A program made the position numbers and the translations under genes. Source: Ginglymostoma cirratum (taxonomy: Eukaryota). From it: 64,000 nt of DNA. Each line of letters starts with the position of its first letter. Position 1 is the first letter of the stretch. The stretch lies in NCBI GenBank assembly GCA_024137785.1, contig JAHRHZ010000082.1, forward strand, positions 4,248,951 to 4,312,950. Reading direction: 5' to 3'. The notes below the pieces were generated by a model. The model was not told the DNA's origin. It was given only the letters and a program-made list of their open reading frames with translations, and did no database searches. This document shows positions 1 through 13,795 of the stretch, in pieces.

Positions 1-110
1 CTGGAGGAACACAGCAGGCCAGGCAGCATCAGAGGAGTAGGAAAGTTGATGTTTCGGGTCCAAAACTTTCCTACTCCTCTGATGCTGCCTGGCCTGCTGT
101 GTTCCTCCAG
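1..110. mobile_element. Palindromic Penelope-derived short element (subfamily A), truncated at window edge
   Basis: Perfect 47-bp inverted repeat (1-47 vs 64-110). Same arm sequence as the copies at 17170, 28484 and 62388. The centre retains only the GAAACATC half of the hammerhead motif, on the minus strand. Confidence 0.75.
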
Positions 111-2258
111 CTCTATACAGTGTTACCATTAATTTTAGATACAGCTTTACACAAATTAGCTGGTGCTTTGCCTGCATAACCTAGGATGTTTAAGCATTAG
201 TTTATGAGGTGAGCAAGTTGAAATATTTCTGAGATACAATAAGATATTATATCAATCAGTATAACCAGATGCCAGGTGAGGATTTCTGTGTTGTTATAGC
301 ATACATATAACATAAATAACAGAACATAATAGATAACATAAAACTTTCAAATGCCTTGGTGAGGGGGTATAAACTGACTCCCCATCTTTATTGACTTATA
401 CCTAAATTGCTCTCTATAAAGTTAATTTATAAAACATCCTTTCTCTTTCAGAAAATCTTTCTCCAAGAGCAAAAATAATTCATGTTTTAAAAGGAGCCAA
501 TTAACCAGACTTTCTTGAGTTAATAATGAGTGAGTTTCTTGATTTCACATTAAGAAGAAAGAATAATACAACGCACATACACAAGGATTATAAATGAGAA
601 GCATGTCTAAAGAAAAATTTAAAACGTATACAGGTCAATCTCTGGGTCATTCATGGCAAGCAGATAGTGGAAATTGATAGTTAAGCAGTCAATTTGGGAT
701 TCCTGGCTTTGCAGGTAAGTTGAAATTCTTCTGTTCTGTTTTCTTTGACGGCTGCTGGCTGACAGCACTCATAGTAATAGAGTCCTTCTTCTGCCCTGTT
801 TTCATTTGATGGCTTGCTGACTAACTGTCTTTTAGTGAAATCATCCTTTACTGGTAATGCAGGGTTATTAGTGGGTGGTTTGGAACTGTGACGTTTGCAG
901 CACACCAGTGCTTGAACCAAGCTAGCACAAGGGGTACCTCAGCTCATGCACACATGAGCACATGTTCATCCATTAATAACTACAGGCTAGGGTTGAACAG
1001 GCCTTTAACCTCTGTTTTGTGTATTGTAAAAGGAGAAGGTAAAATAAAAATCTCTTATTCAGACTCTTGTTTTTTCTCCTGTCATGTTCACAGTCTGAGA
1101 TATCTGTTAGGAGATTACAGTACAGATTGTAGAACATTTCTTTATTTTAAGTCCAATTCATGGAAACATCCTTGACACATTATCAGGTGTGACATTCCAC
1201 TGTCTCTCCCTCTCCAGATAGCCACTGAATTAACACCCATAGTTATCTATTCGTTATTTGTCATTTTTTCCTAAAAATCATGTACTGTATTTAAATGTTC
1301 AATATGTCTATAAATGAAATCGAGTTATGATCAATTGTTATGATACAATGTAATTTTTTCTTTCCTATTCATTTTATTGCCTTAGTTCATTGGATCATAA
1401 CTGAGTGATTTGTACTGTAATTATGTCTCTGGTAAACTATTTTAGACTGATTGTCTATCATTAATGAAGAACATGTCAACCATGCTATCATAGATGATAT
1501 TTTGGTATATAATAATAATATTAATAAGTTTGTATTGACAGTGAATCCATTCCCTATCCATTACAGTGTAATTAGCTCCACCATTGAAGATAGACAGAAA
1601 TAATGTTTTTACCTGTGACCACTTCTCAATTTGTGAATAAACAATATATCTCAATAGCCAATGACCAAATTTCAATTCAACTTGATAAATAGATAGGATA
1701 AGTCTCAAAGAAGATCTGATTATTGCTGAAAAAAAGAAGCATTTTATCAAAGATTATTGCCTTGCACTCATCAAGATAATTCACAAGAATACCAAAAAAG
1801 GGGAAAACAAAAGTTATACCGCACGAGAGGAGGGTGCTAATTGGTTGACAAGTGGACTCTAACTGATCGAGGCGTTACAGTGGAGAAGACATCAGTTAAT
1901 GGTGATCGACTGATAACTGCCAAGTTTTGTTTAGATTTAAAACCGGACAGTTTGACTCTGATTGATCAGTGTATTGCCTTGAGAAATGAACCAGCAAATG
2001 GCTCTCCCTATTTTGTTGAGTTGAAGCACGTTCAGTAGGTGGTCACATTCTCTCTGTTTGTAAAGTACAGGACTTTGTGAATTAATCTATATAGGTTTCA
2101 GCACACATGTTGCACCATAGTGCAAAGCTGACTGACAGTGCTAAACTTGTTGTCAGTGAAATGCAACAATCAAAGGAGTTCCCTTGTTCAATATCTTAGT
2201 TGGGAAATCAGCAGGGGAGTTCTCTGCCACTGTCTACCACAAGCTTAACTTCAGTGGT

Positions 2259-2575
2259 CTAATTGGGATTCATATTAAAATTATGCCCCCTCGTGATAGT
2301 CATTTCCGCCATGGTAAAAAGTCTCTGGCTATCTACTCTATCTATACATCTCATTATCTTGTAAAACTCTATCAAGTCACCTCTCATTCTTCTCTGCTCC
2401 AATGAGAAAAGCCCTAGCTCCCTCAACCTTTCCTCATAAGACCTGCCCTCCAGTCCAGGCAGCATCCTGGTAAATCTCCTCTGCACCCTCTCTAAAGCTT
2501 CCACATCCTTCCTATAATGAGGTGACCAGAACCAAACACAATATTCCAAGTGTAGTCTAACCAGGGTTTTATAGA
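2259..2575 (-). mobile_element. CR1 LINE fragment, C-terminal part of ORF2
   Basis: ORF 2259-2549 reads EYCVWFWSPHYRKDVEALERVQRRFTRMLPGL...RRMRGDLIE, the typical CR1 ORF2 C-terminal motif. Confidence 0.92.
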
Positions 2576-2749
2576 GTATGACATTAGACGTAATTCTGCT
2601 GGATAATCTTAAGTGTGCAGAAAATTACACTAATAATCAATTTAGTAGTGTTACACAGGCTTACAGTTTCACACACACGTGCATTCTGGAAGAGCAAAGT
2701 GTACACCAAAAAAGGAAAATGTTGTTTAAATCAAGGAGACTGTACAAAG

Positions 2750-3330
2750 TGATTGATTAGATTGGATTAGATTTCGATTTATTGTCACATGTATATTAAA
2801 AAACTGTGAAAATCGCTTTGTCATGTTCAAAATGCAAAGTGTTGCCTTGCTCCAGTGCCATCTTGAAATACTGAATATACTGCATGATTTTATTGCAAAA
2901 AATTCATCTTTCCTTCTTCTTGTTACCCTCCGCTACGTCTCTGTTTGCAGTTGGATATTGGTTGGGGTCTAAATAACAGGCTCCAGGGTCATGGTTACAG
3001 GTTCTGGGTTCTCATTTACAGGCCCACCTATGCCATTTCCACCACTCCTGCAACCACCAAAATCCAAGCTGGAACCATGGGCCCGGTTTTGTTCCTCCTG
3101 CTCCCCTCCGATGCTCCTTCAGATGCCGCTGTCGGTCACTGGGGTCCAAGATCTGGGCCCATCTGCCACCAACGCTGAAGCCTTTGTGACCTCAATGCCT
3201 GAAGTGGAGCCAGCAATGAATTTGGGGATGCATGGGGCCCAACCCCAACCAACTCCCTTGCAAAGTTTTGAAATCATACTTACTGGAACACGTCGTGAGA
3301 TGTGGATAATATTGCCTTTTCCTGTCATGT
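2750..3330 (-). mobile_element. Non-LTR retroelement 3' tail (family unassigned)
   Basis: Minus strand ends ...ACATGTGACAATAAA followed by a short (AATCT)n-like tail. A related tail (AAGATGGCG...GTGACAATAAA) occurs on + at 33860-33945. Confidence 0.4.
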
Positions 3331-5807
3331 AGAGAGCAAAAGCAGACAGTGTGAATCTGATGGATTCTGAATGTGGCTAGAGAGTAGCCAGACAACATGT
3401 TTTGTTTGGCTCCTGTCCAGTTGACCATGACTTGTGTAGGGCCAGTGCAGCAGAAACACATAGCCCTCAAAAAGAAAACATTAAAAAAACTGTTCTCTCT
3501 CCGTCTTGTGTGGAGACACCAGAAAGTCTCCATGAACAGCTACGTGCCTTCTAATCACATTTGTCTGCAAAACCATTTTGAAGGAGTAATGAAATGCCTC
3601 CAAAAATACTGAAAGAATAAATTCTTGACCAGTTAGTGAAGGATTAAATGTTGGTGTACAATGCTATGTCAACAGAAAAGAGCTCAAAGGAATTAGACAT
3701 AACCAAAGAAAACAATTCATCAATTCCTGTATCCAGACTGTGGCTGGTAACAGGGTTTCCCTTTTTTAACATTTTCCACCCTTAACATTCTTGTCTTGTC
3801 TAGCATTGTATATATGTCTGTTTGTGAAGGGGAAATTTAAGAAGCAGTAGAGTTAAAGTTTCAGAGTTTAAGTTTTTCGTTAGCAAATTTTTTTTTTATG
3901 AACTGTCATTTTCTTGTTAAGTGTAACAACCTGAAGGATATTTTCTTTTAACCTGAGCTTTTCAGACAGGTGAATTGAAGACTTTGGAGAGTGTGGTTAA
4001 ATTTCTTGATATTTGTAATGACACTGGACTTTTTCTTTGAGTATTTTTGGCAGGCATTTTTTCAGTTAGAATCTCGTCAAATCTTTCAGATTATTATGGG
4101 TTGTCTTAGCTGATGTGGTGGCATTTGACTCTTAAAATGTGAGCAGAGTTTTCAGGTCAGGTTGTTGGATGTAGATTGGCCTGAAGCTCCCTCAGGGACA
4201 TAGAAGCTCTTAATACAGAGATGTATTTTATCACTTTATACTTACATATCAGCCAGTAAGGGAAAAATTTAGGGAAGAGTCACACATTTTCAATAATGTT
4301 GAATTAACACAATGTGGTGGAAACATGTAGTCTAGTGGGGGCCCTCTCCATCTGTGAAAATGAATACAGATAATTAGGTATTATTTTAGAAGTTCTAATT
4401 TTCTTTGGTTCATAATGACTTCTAGCTCCTTTAGCTGCTCCAAGGTATAACTACAATGATAACATAGCACCAATAAAGTCATAATTGCCCACGATCAAGA
4501 GTGCCTGCTTCACTTTTAGTTTCCTTCAACATCTGGCTAACAATTAACAAAAAAAACTACTACAAGTGTGGCCAGTACACTTGTGTAGGCAGAGCTGGGA
4601 GAATCCAAACCCAGAACAGCAGGGTTATGACATAAAATATCTTAATCACCATATTAGGTTCCAAGTGTGCAAATTACTTTTGGCTATAGTCACATTTCAG
4701 ATAAATAGTCGCTGCTTCCTATTCAAATGATGAATGGGAACCAGAGTCTTATAAATAGCTACATGCCAGTAGCATGATGACAACACAACACAACACCGGC
4801 GTGTAGAAGGTATTTGTCAGGCAAAGGAATTATTACCTCTTATATGCAGACAGATGTACTTTATGACATGCCAATGCATACTATTGAATAACACTGCTGT
4901 TGAGTAGCATGTCTTAACCTTAAGTTTCTCTTTGATGTTAGGACGCAGATCTGGTTTCATAGTTGCTTAATCGTGGCATTATTAGGTAGCTTAATTGCCA
5001 CTGTACATTTTCACATATATCACAAGTAACATTTTAGCAAATGTAGCAGCGGTTTGTGACCCTGTTTGGTTTTGCTATATAATCAGAATAGGAAGGAATG
5101 TGTGCATGTACAATACTGAGTAAGGCTCTTAATCAGTATTTTAATACTCACTCTTCGGCTGACTCTGAACTGTTGAGTTTTGCTGAATTTGAATCACAGT
5201 CAACTTTGTATGAGTTTTGTGAAATTTTTTGTCATCCCAAAAAATTTTTTTGTACAAATTTCCTTCGGAGAAATTAAGTGTCCACTTTAAAGTCATTGAA
5301 GAGACACTGTTTGCATCAGATTTACACAAAAGTTTTCAGAGCAAGATGAGTATCATACCTTGATCATGCTTATAGCAAAGACTTTATAAATGATTGAAAA
5401 TTTTGGAAATGTTTTGTGCAGGCTGTTAAATTTGAGGCCTTGTCCAACCAATGGACATTCCAGTGAATAGATTTAGTAGTTAAGTCACTTTTTTAAGAGT
5501 AGTTTAGACCTCACTGCTTTATGTTGAAGATCTTTTAGTTTAATTGGACGACATTTTGTTGTGATTTTGAAGGTGTTCTTAAAGGAACACTGACAGCTCC
5601 TGACTCCAGTCAGTGACTGAGATAACTCCTACTTAGCTCAATTAAGATAGACACAAACCATCATAAATTTCCTGACAGCACCAAGGATGACTCTTCCATC
5701 TCCTTTCCATAAGAAGAGTCGACAATTTCTGTCCAGAACTGCTCTGTTCTGTTTAGTTAAAACTGGGAACTGAATGGAAATCAAATCTATGCATTTTCCT
5801 CAATAAA

Positions 5808-6000
5808 AGAAAAGAACTGTGGCTGCTGGAAATCAGAAACAAAAACAGAAATTGCTGGAAAAACTCAGCAGGTCCGGCAGCATCAGTGTTCTGACCAGAT
5901 TCTGAAGAAGGGTCATTGGACTCGAAACACTCACCCTGCTTTCTCTCCACTGATGCTGCCAGATCTGCTGAGTTTTTCCAGCAATTTCTGTTTTGTTTCT
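5808..6000. mobile_element. Palindromic Penelope-derived short element (subfamily B) with hammerhead-like core
   Basis: Arms AACAGAAATTGCTGGAAAAACTCAGCAG and CTGCTGAGTTTTTCCAGCAATTTCTGTT are inverted. Centre reads CTGAAGA-A-GGGTC-ATTG-GACTC-GAAA at 5902-5927. Confidence 0.75.
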
Positions 6001-6179
6001 CCTCCTTCATAATATGGATTTGAGCATGAGTACTAATCACCAGAGTGTGACATTTTAATTTTACTTTGTCGCAAATTGTTTTATGCTCATGAGGTTTTAT
6101 TTGTGCTGTATAGAAAATATGGTAGTCTTCTTGCTAACACAGGTTTAAAATTGAAAAACATGGTTTTCTTTATAAAAAC

Positions 6180-6408
6180 TGAAAGAACTGTGGATGTTGT
6201 AAATCAGGAGCAAAGTCAGAAGTTGCTGGAAAAGCTCAACAGGTCTGGCCGCATTTGTGAACAAAAATCAGCATTAATGTTTTGGGTCCGGTGACGTTTC
6301 GGGTCCAGTCTGAGGAAGGTTCACCGGACCCGAAATTTTAACTCTGATTTTTCTTCACAGATGCTGCCAGACCTGCTGAGCTTTTCCAACAACTTCTGCT
6401 TTTGTTCA
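6180..6408. mobile_element. Palindromic Penelope-derived short element (subfamily B) with hammerhead-like core
   Basis: Inverted arms. Centre reads CTGAGGA-A-GGTTC-ACCG-GACCC-GAAA at 6310-6335. Confidence 0.75.
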
Positions 6409-6489
6409 TAGTTTTCTTTACTCTGAAGTTGGATTTTGTTCTTACTTCTAAAGTAACCTTCTGAAAAAGACAACATTCAGTAAAATTTA

Positions 6490-7640
6490 TTCAACTAACT
6501 TAACAGAGTTGTTCGAAGAAGTGAGTGGCTGATTAGTTAAAGGGAATATAGTTGATATCATGTGTGGGTATTCTGAAGGCATTCAATAAGATGAATCACA
6601 AAAGACTTATTAAAAAAGAATGGAAACTGGCAAAAAAGGAAATATAGCAGCACGGAGAGCAGAAAGGCCAATAGTCAGGAAGCACTTGAGAAAATGAGGA
6701 TTGGTCTAACTAGAAAGAACTGGAATTGCTGTAATACAGGAGTCAGTGCTGGGTCTGCTTTGATTCTTCATATAAAGGAGAATTAATAGTTATAAGTAGT
6801 AGAATTTTGAAATTTGGTGCTAACTAGCAAAGGTGATTGGTAAGGACAAGAAAGCCATAGAGTGTTTAGAAAACTGGCCAGAAAGGTTGCAGTTGCAATT
6901 TAATGTGGATAAGTATGAGGGAAAAGAAAAGAACTGTGGATGCTCTCAGTCAAAAGACAATGTAAGTGTTGATTAACAGAGAAACCAGGAGTTCAAATAC
7001 ATCATTGTCTGTGAAAGTGACTGCAGATAAATAAAACCAAAACACATAATGACAGAAATTTGTTCTTACACACAGAAGTATAGAGTTCAAAGGTCGTATT
7101 TATGAATTTGTAGAAAACATTGATTAGACGACAATTACAGTAATCCATGCAGATTTGGGCATTCCATTGTAGAAAGTGCATTAAAACAACAGTAGAATGT
7201 AGATTCATGAGAATGATAGCATGGATGGGAAACAATAATTATGAGAAGACATGTGACATACTGGATCTGCTTCCAATGCAGCAATAAAAGATAACATGAG
7301 GCTTGCTGGAGATCTTTTTTAATTTTGAAGAGTTTGATGGAGTGAATAGGGATAGGCAATTGCTTTTGGCTAAGGAGAACTGATAGACTGTCCTCAATTT
7401 AAAATTGTTTCAGAGAATATGAGGACACGCTTCCTAAAACAGTGCTGCTGACAAAGGGAATGTTTTAACACAGGGAATGGTTAAAGTAGGTACTGCTAGG
7501 TCTACAGAAAAATTTGGTAAATATTTGAAGCATAGGAAGTTACAAGGCTATGAGAACAGAACAGGACAGTTGGATTTTTTTTACATTGCTTCAGCAAGAA
7601 AACACAACAAAGGTAATGGGTCGCAAAGTTTCCCTCTGTG
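6490..7640 (+). mobile_element. Old, highly degenerate CR1 LINE ORF2 (RT to 3' end)
   Basis: Relics of TNL.E.FEEV...G..VD...KAF.K..H.RL and Q.SVLG motifs, with many stops and frameshifts. Confidence 0.65.
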
Positions 7641-8179
7641 GTACAAACTTGTACGATTTTAAATGCATTACTCGGACTCCTTCAGTAATAAATCTTATCA
7701 AGTACAACCAAGCATTTAGATATTTTAGTTGTCAAAGGTATCATTATTATGGAATCAACATAATTCCATTCTGTACATGAGTGTTATGCACACATATTAT
7801 GAGACCACGATTTCTTTGAATAGATCTTAATACTTTTCTGCAAATTAGCACATTGTTTAATATATGTTTGACTGTACATTCAACTTATTCATTAAAGAAT
7901 ATTATGAAACTTTTCATATCAGTTACAAATAAAAGCAATTCCAAGCATATTTTAACAACTTGGCAAAATAGTCTTAAGTCATAAATTACAAGAATGCAGG
8001 TAGTGAGCGGTATGTAACTGCTAAAGCCAATTACCAATAACTAAAGTTAATTCATTTTTCAGGAGTCAGTGTTAGAATGCAGGCCTTTTTTTTAACCTGG
8101 ATTTTTAAACCCTTTATCCCCATATTATTTACTTGCTGTTTGGACTAGATTTTGTGTGAAGTGTTATGATACTAACCGA

Positions 8180-9010
8180 TGTTATGAATGGACAAATAAG
8201 ATCCTAGACTAAAGCCAGTTTTGACAGATCATATTTTCATTTGCTTTGGTTTTAATGAAAAGGTCTCTCACTGAGACACAGGCGTACAAAGCTGCAGATT
8301 TTGCTTCTATTATGAAACAAAACAAGTTAAAATCAAACAGAATAAACCAAACTATCTACTTCAGATACAAATTCAATAATTTTTAAACACACGAAAAAGG
8401 TATAATTCCATTAATCCAAATCCTCCTTTATAAATTGAAAAGAAACAAAACAATGTGTTAATGTTGGTATCTAACATTCCAACTTTTAGACTGGTATTGC
8501 AGACAGTATTTTTTTCCTGAAGCTATTATACAGTTGCTGAAATGTATTCAGTTTTAGGTAACCTTTTCAGAGCTTTTTCCAACACTTCTGGTCTGGGACT
8601 AACACTAACTCTTTACTCAACGATAACCTACTTTATTATACATCCTTTCTTTCTCAGGAACACCTATCTATGAAGCCAGCTATTCCAAGGACTTCACATG
8701 ACCATTCCAAACTCAAAATAAAAAGTTGAAAACAACTGTTTCCCTCTCTAAGCTACGGGTGTTTTACTTAATCTTAAAAGAAATCTCCAGACATCTCTAA
8801 CAAACCTTGAGGCCCCATTATTTACTTTGCTGGGTTGAAAAATAATCTAAAATATCCATTAGTGGTACCAAAACCAATTGACTCTAAAGTCAGATCTCAA
8901 AACTGTTTGCAAAGAAATCACCATGGCTACAGAAATGCTTACAAGTTAATTATTTTGACATACAGATAACCCAAACTTGCAATATAGTACATATGCATAT
9001 GTTTATAACA
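8180..9010. mobile_element. Possible solo LTR
   Basis: Begins TGTTAT and ends ATAACA (TG...CA termini with a short inverted repeat). No clean TSD. Confidence 0.3.
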
Positions 9011-9034
9011 TCAGAGATATCATGCAATCACTAT

Positions 9035-10165
9035 GATGGGGTTATGCTATAGGCCTCCTAATAGCCAGCAGGAGACAGAGGAACAGATATGTAAGCAGAT
9101 CAGGGAGAAATGTAAAAAGAACACATTTGTTGTAGTGAGTGATTTTAACTTCCCCAACATTGGTTAGTACCAGGGGCTTCGATGGAGCAGAATTTGTTAG
9201 GTGCATCCAGGAGAGTTTCTTGAAATAAAATGTAGGTAGTATAACTAGGGAAGGGAGTGTACCAGACCTTGTGTTGGAGAATGAGCCTGGCCGGGTGACT
9301 GAAATTTCAGTAGGGATACATTTTGGGAACAGTGATCATAATTCCGTAAGCTTTAAGATAATTATGGATAAGGATAAGACTGGTCCTTGGGTGAAATTGC
9401 TAAACTGGGGGAAGGCTACTCAGAAAAATATTAAGCAAGAACTGGAGAACTTAATTTGGGGCTAGCTGTTTGAGAGTAAATCCACATCTGATTTGTGGGA
9501 ATCTCTTAAAAGCCAGTTGATCAGAGTTCAGGGCCAACATATGCCTATGAGAAAAGATAAGGATGGCAAGATTGAGAAACCTTGCATGACAAGAGATATT
9601 GAAAGTTTAGTCAAAAAGAAAAAGGAAACATATGTTAGGTTTAGGAAACTGAAATCAAACAGGCACCTTCAGGAATACAAAGAATGCAGAAAAGAGCCTA
9701 AAAAAGAAATTAAGAGGGCTGGAAGGAGCCATGAAATGTCCTTGGCAAGTAGGGTTAAAGAGAATCCTAAGGCATTTTATACATATATTAGTAGCAAGAG
9801 AGTAACTAGGGAAAGTGTAGGTCCAATTAAGGACAATAGAGGGAATTTATGCATGGAGGCGGATTAAGTAGGTGAGGTTATTAATGAGCACTTTGTATCA
9901 GTATTCACTAAGGAGAAGGACATGGATGATGGTAAGATTAGGGAGGTCAACGTTGGTATCCTGTGGCATATCGATATTATGAAGGAGGAGATGTTGGGTG
10001 TCTTGAAAAACATTAAGATGGATATGTCTCCACAACCTGATGTAATCTATCCCATGATACTGAAGGAGGCAAAGGAGGAGATTGCTGGGCCTTGACTGAT
10101 ATCTTTTTATCCTCTTTAGATTCTCTTTAGGTATGGTCCAAGAAGACTGAAGAATAGCCAATTCT
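9035..10165 (+). mobile_element. CR1 LINE ORF2 fragment (endonuclease-tether region)
   Basis: YRPPNS, DFNFP, HFGNSDHNSVSF and KENPKAFYTYI motifs (ORFs 9271-9465 and 9493-9867). Confidence 0.92.
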
Positions 10166-10304
10166 CCATCTTTACACTTCACATAATCCAATGAGTCAGT
10201 ACATTTTGCAGCATGCTTCTCCCTATCACTCCAAATGATTAAACAATTTTGCTCCCTCAACTCAGCTTATGTACTTCATTGACTTGTGTCATCCTTCAAC
10301 TGCA

Positions 10305-12665
10305 AGTCATAGAGTCATAGAGTTATACAGCATGGAAACAGACCCTTCAGTCCAATTTGTCCATGCTGACCAGATAGCCTAATCTGACCTAGTCCTATTT
10401 GGCCCATATCCCCCCAACTCTTTCAATTCATGTACTCATCCAGATGCCTTTTAAATGGTGTAATTGTAGCCATCTCCACCACATCCTCTGGCAGCTTGTT
10501 CCATGCACGCACCATGGTCTGCATGAGAAAGTTGCCACTCAGTTCCCTTTCCACTCTCACCTTAAACCTATGCTCTCTAGTTTTGGACTTCCCTACCCTA
10601 GGAAAAAGACCTTGACTATTCACCCTATCCGCGCCCCTCATGATTTTATAAACCTTTATATGGTCATCCCTCAGCTTTTGATGCTCCAGGGAAGAAATTC
10701 CCAGCCTATTCCATAAGACCATAAGACCATAAGACAGAGGAATGGAAGTAAGGCCATTTGGCCCATTGAGTCCACTCCGCCATTTAATCATGGCTGATGG
10801 GCATTTCAACTCCACTTACCTGCACTCTCCCCATAGCCCTTGATTCCTTGCGAGATCAAGAATTTATCAATCTCTGCCTTGAAGACATTCAAAGTCCCAG
10901 CCTCCACTGCGCTCCGTGGCAATGAATTCCACAGGCAGCCTCTCCCTATAGCTCAAACCCTCCAATCCAAGCGACATCCTTGTAAATCTTTTCTGAACTG
11001 TTTCAAGTCTAACAACATCCATCTTATAGCAGGGAGACCAGAATTGAACACAGTACTCTGAAAGTAGCCTAACTAATATCCAGTACAACCACAACATGAT
11101 GTCCCATTCCCATGCTCAATGCACTGACCAATAAAGGCAAGCATGCCAAAGGTCGTCTTCACCACCCTGTCTACCTGTGACTTCACTTTCAAGGAACTAT
11201 GCGACTGAACCCCTAGGTTTCTTTGTTCAGCAACACTCACCAGCATCTCACCATTAACCAGTAAGTCCTGCCCTGGTTTCCCTTACCAAGATGCAATACC
11301 TCACATTTATCTAAATTAAACTCCACCTATCAATCCTCCATCCATTGGCTCATCTGATCAAGGTCCCTTGAGATAACATACTTCACTGTCTACTACACCT
11401 CCAATTTTAGTATCATCTGCAAAGTTACTAACCATACCTCCTATAATACATCCAAATCAGTCATACAAATGACAAAATGCAGTGGGCCCAGCACTGATCA
11501 TCAGGGCACACTGCTCATCACAGGCCTCCAATCTGAAAAACAACCCTCTACCACCACCCTCTGTTTCCTTCCTTCAAGCCAATTTTGTATCCAACTGGCT
11601 AGGTCCCCCTGGATTCCATGTGATCTAAACTTGCTAACCAGTTACTGTGTAGAATCTTGTTGAATGCCTTGCTGAGGTCCATATAGACAACATCTACTAC
11701 TTGGTCTTTATCAATCTTCTTTGTTACCTCTTCAAAAAATGCAATCAAGTTAGTGAGACATGATTTCCCAAGCACAAAGCCAGGCTGACTATCCCTAATC
11801 AGTCCTTGCCTTTCCAAATGCACATAAATCCATGCCCTCAGAATCCCCTCCAAAAACTTACCCACCACTGACATCAAGCTCACTGGTGTACAGTTCCCTG
11901 GCTTTTCCTTTCTATCTTTCTTAAATAGTGGTGTTATATTAGCCATCCTCCTGTCTTTTGGCACCTCAGCTGTGTACGTTAATGGTGCATATATCTCAGC
12001 AAGAGGCCCAGCAATCTTTTCCTTAGCTGCCCACGAAGTTCTGGGATAGACCCTAACAGGTCCAGGTGATTTATCTACCTTTATGCATTATAAGATGTCC
12101 AGTACATTCCCTTCTGTAATATGGACACTTTTCAAGACATCATTATTTATTTCCCAAGTTCCCCAGCTTCCATGTCATTCTCCACAGTAAATACTGACAC
12201 GAAATATTTGTTTAGTATCCCACTCATGTCCTGTGGTTCCACACATAGACTTTAAGGGGCCCTATTCCTTCCCTAGTTACTTTTTTGCCCTTAATATATT
12301 TGTAGAATCTCTTTGGATTCTCCTTAACCCTATTTGCTAAAGATATCTCATGTCCCCTATTTGCGGAACTGATTTCAGTCTTAAGTATGGTCCTACTGCC
12401 CTAATGCTCCTTTAGGGATTCATTCAATCCCTACTATATATATGTGACATATGCCTTGTCCCTTTTTTTGACTAAAACCTCAATTTCTCCAGTCAGCCAG
12501 CATTCCCTACACCTGCCAGCCTTGCCCTTTGCACTAACAGGAACAGACTGTCTCTGAACTCTCATTATCTCATTTTTGAAGGCCATCCAATTTCCAACCA
12601 TCCCTTTACCTGCGAACAGCCTCCCCCAATCAACTTTTGAAAGTTCCTGCCAAATGCCATCAATT
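10305..12665 (-). mobile_element. 5'-truncated CR1 LINE (about 2.3 kb) with intact 3' tail
   Basis: ORF 11599-11964 reads ANITPLFKK...PVSLMSVVGK...SCLTNLIAFFEEVTK...DVVYMDLSKAF. ORF 10867-11097 contains EYCVQFWSP. (CATAGAGT)n tail at about 10305. Confidence 0.93.
10712..10935 (-). mobile_element. CR1 3'-end fragment of a second family nested inside the larger CR1
   Basis: A (CCATAAGA)3 tail and a different 3' UTR interrupt the host between ...CCCAGCCTATTC and AGCCTCTCCCTATAGCTC. Confidence 0.8.
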
Positions 12666-13664
12666 TAAGAGACCGATAACATTTCCATCCCCAATTAGTT
12701 CTTCCTTTAAGCTGCCTTATTCATAATTCGCTGACAGTCTATACAGATCATTGATAAAAGAATCAATACATCCCCCTTGCCACTGGGTATTCTTAAATTT
12801 TACCCACTCAATAATATTACCTTCTTTTTCACAAATTGAAGCAGGCATTGATGCTTTTATCACTCTCTTGTTTGTGGCTTTTTCTTGGTTGATTCTCTGC
12901 CTGTCTAGGATATTGTCAGCACAGTTACCCATTGCATATAATAACAAGGTGACCTGCTCATTACAGCTTCAAGCATGGTCTGACACAATATGAAATCTGG
13001 TGAATCTTTGGTGCCAAGTTGGCCATGTATCTATTGAATTGGGACGTGCAAAAAGCTCAAAGCTTTCTGGTAATGGCAGAGGAGTTTCCAAACTTGTCCT
13101 TTCACTTGCTGCCATCATATAACTCATTGGATCACATAGGGCAACTGAAGAATATTTACAGAGTCTGCCGAGGTAAGGAAAACATTAACTAAATCAAAAC
13201 ATCCTATTGTGGCTTTTTCTTGCCATGAAGCTGCAAGAGACAGCAAGATCATTTGACATTACATCACCTCCTGTGATGATGTATATGATGTCTCACTGAC
13301 ATATCACACAGTCTGACCTACCCCTCACACCAGGCAGAATTCTGCCTGTTGCCTGGCAATGTAGGAGCATCAGAGGAAGAGGATCAACAGATGCTTAATA
13401 GATTTATTGGACAGGAAAGACCACATCTGGCACCCAAACATTTCATGCAGAGTAGCTTGCCTTTGCAAAGTGAGGGGCCTAACAACTTCAACACTTATCA
13501 CTCCTATAAACTTTTGTGAGATGCAGTATTGTCTCCAAGCTGCCTCAGCAGTACCCATATCTCCTAGTGGAACCCCCTGAATGGACTTACAATATTGAGA
13601 GGCCAATCACTGTATTGCATACGATAGTGAGTGCAGAGATGGAAAGACTGAGCCCATATCACTG

Positions 13665-13795
13665 ACAAAAGGTCAGCTTGAGCTGAAATGTTAACTCTGT
13701 TTCTGTCTCCACAGATGCTGCCTGGCTTGTCGAATATTTCCAGCAATCTTTTGCTTTTGTTTCAGATTTCCAGCACCAACAATATTTTGCTTTCT
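13665..13795 (+). mobile_element. Single arm of Penelope-derived subfamily B element
   Basis: GAAATGTTAACTCTG...CCACAGATGCTGCC...TTTCCAGCA matches the right arm of the 5808, 6180 and 28809 copies. Confidence 0.65.

Noticed and set aside
452-714. Exon-like segment (TTTCAG| ... CAG|GTAAGT)
   Set aside because: AT-rich with no convincing open frame and no partner exons. Cannot be supported without transcript data.
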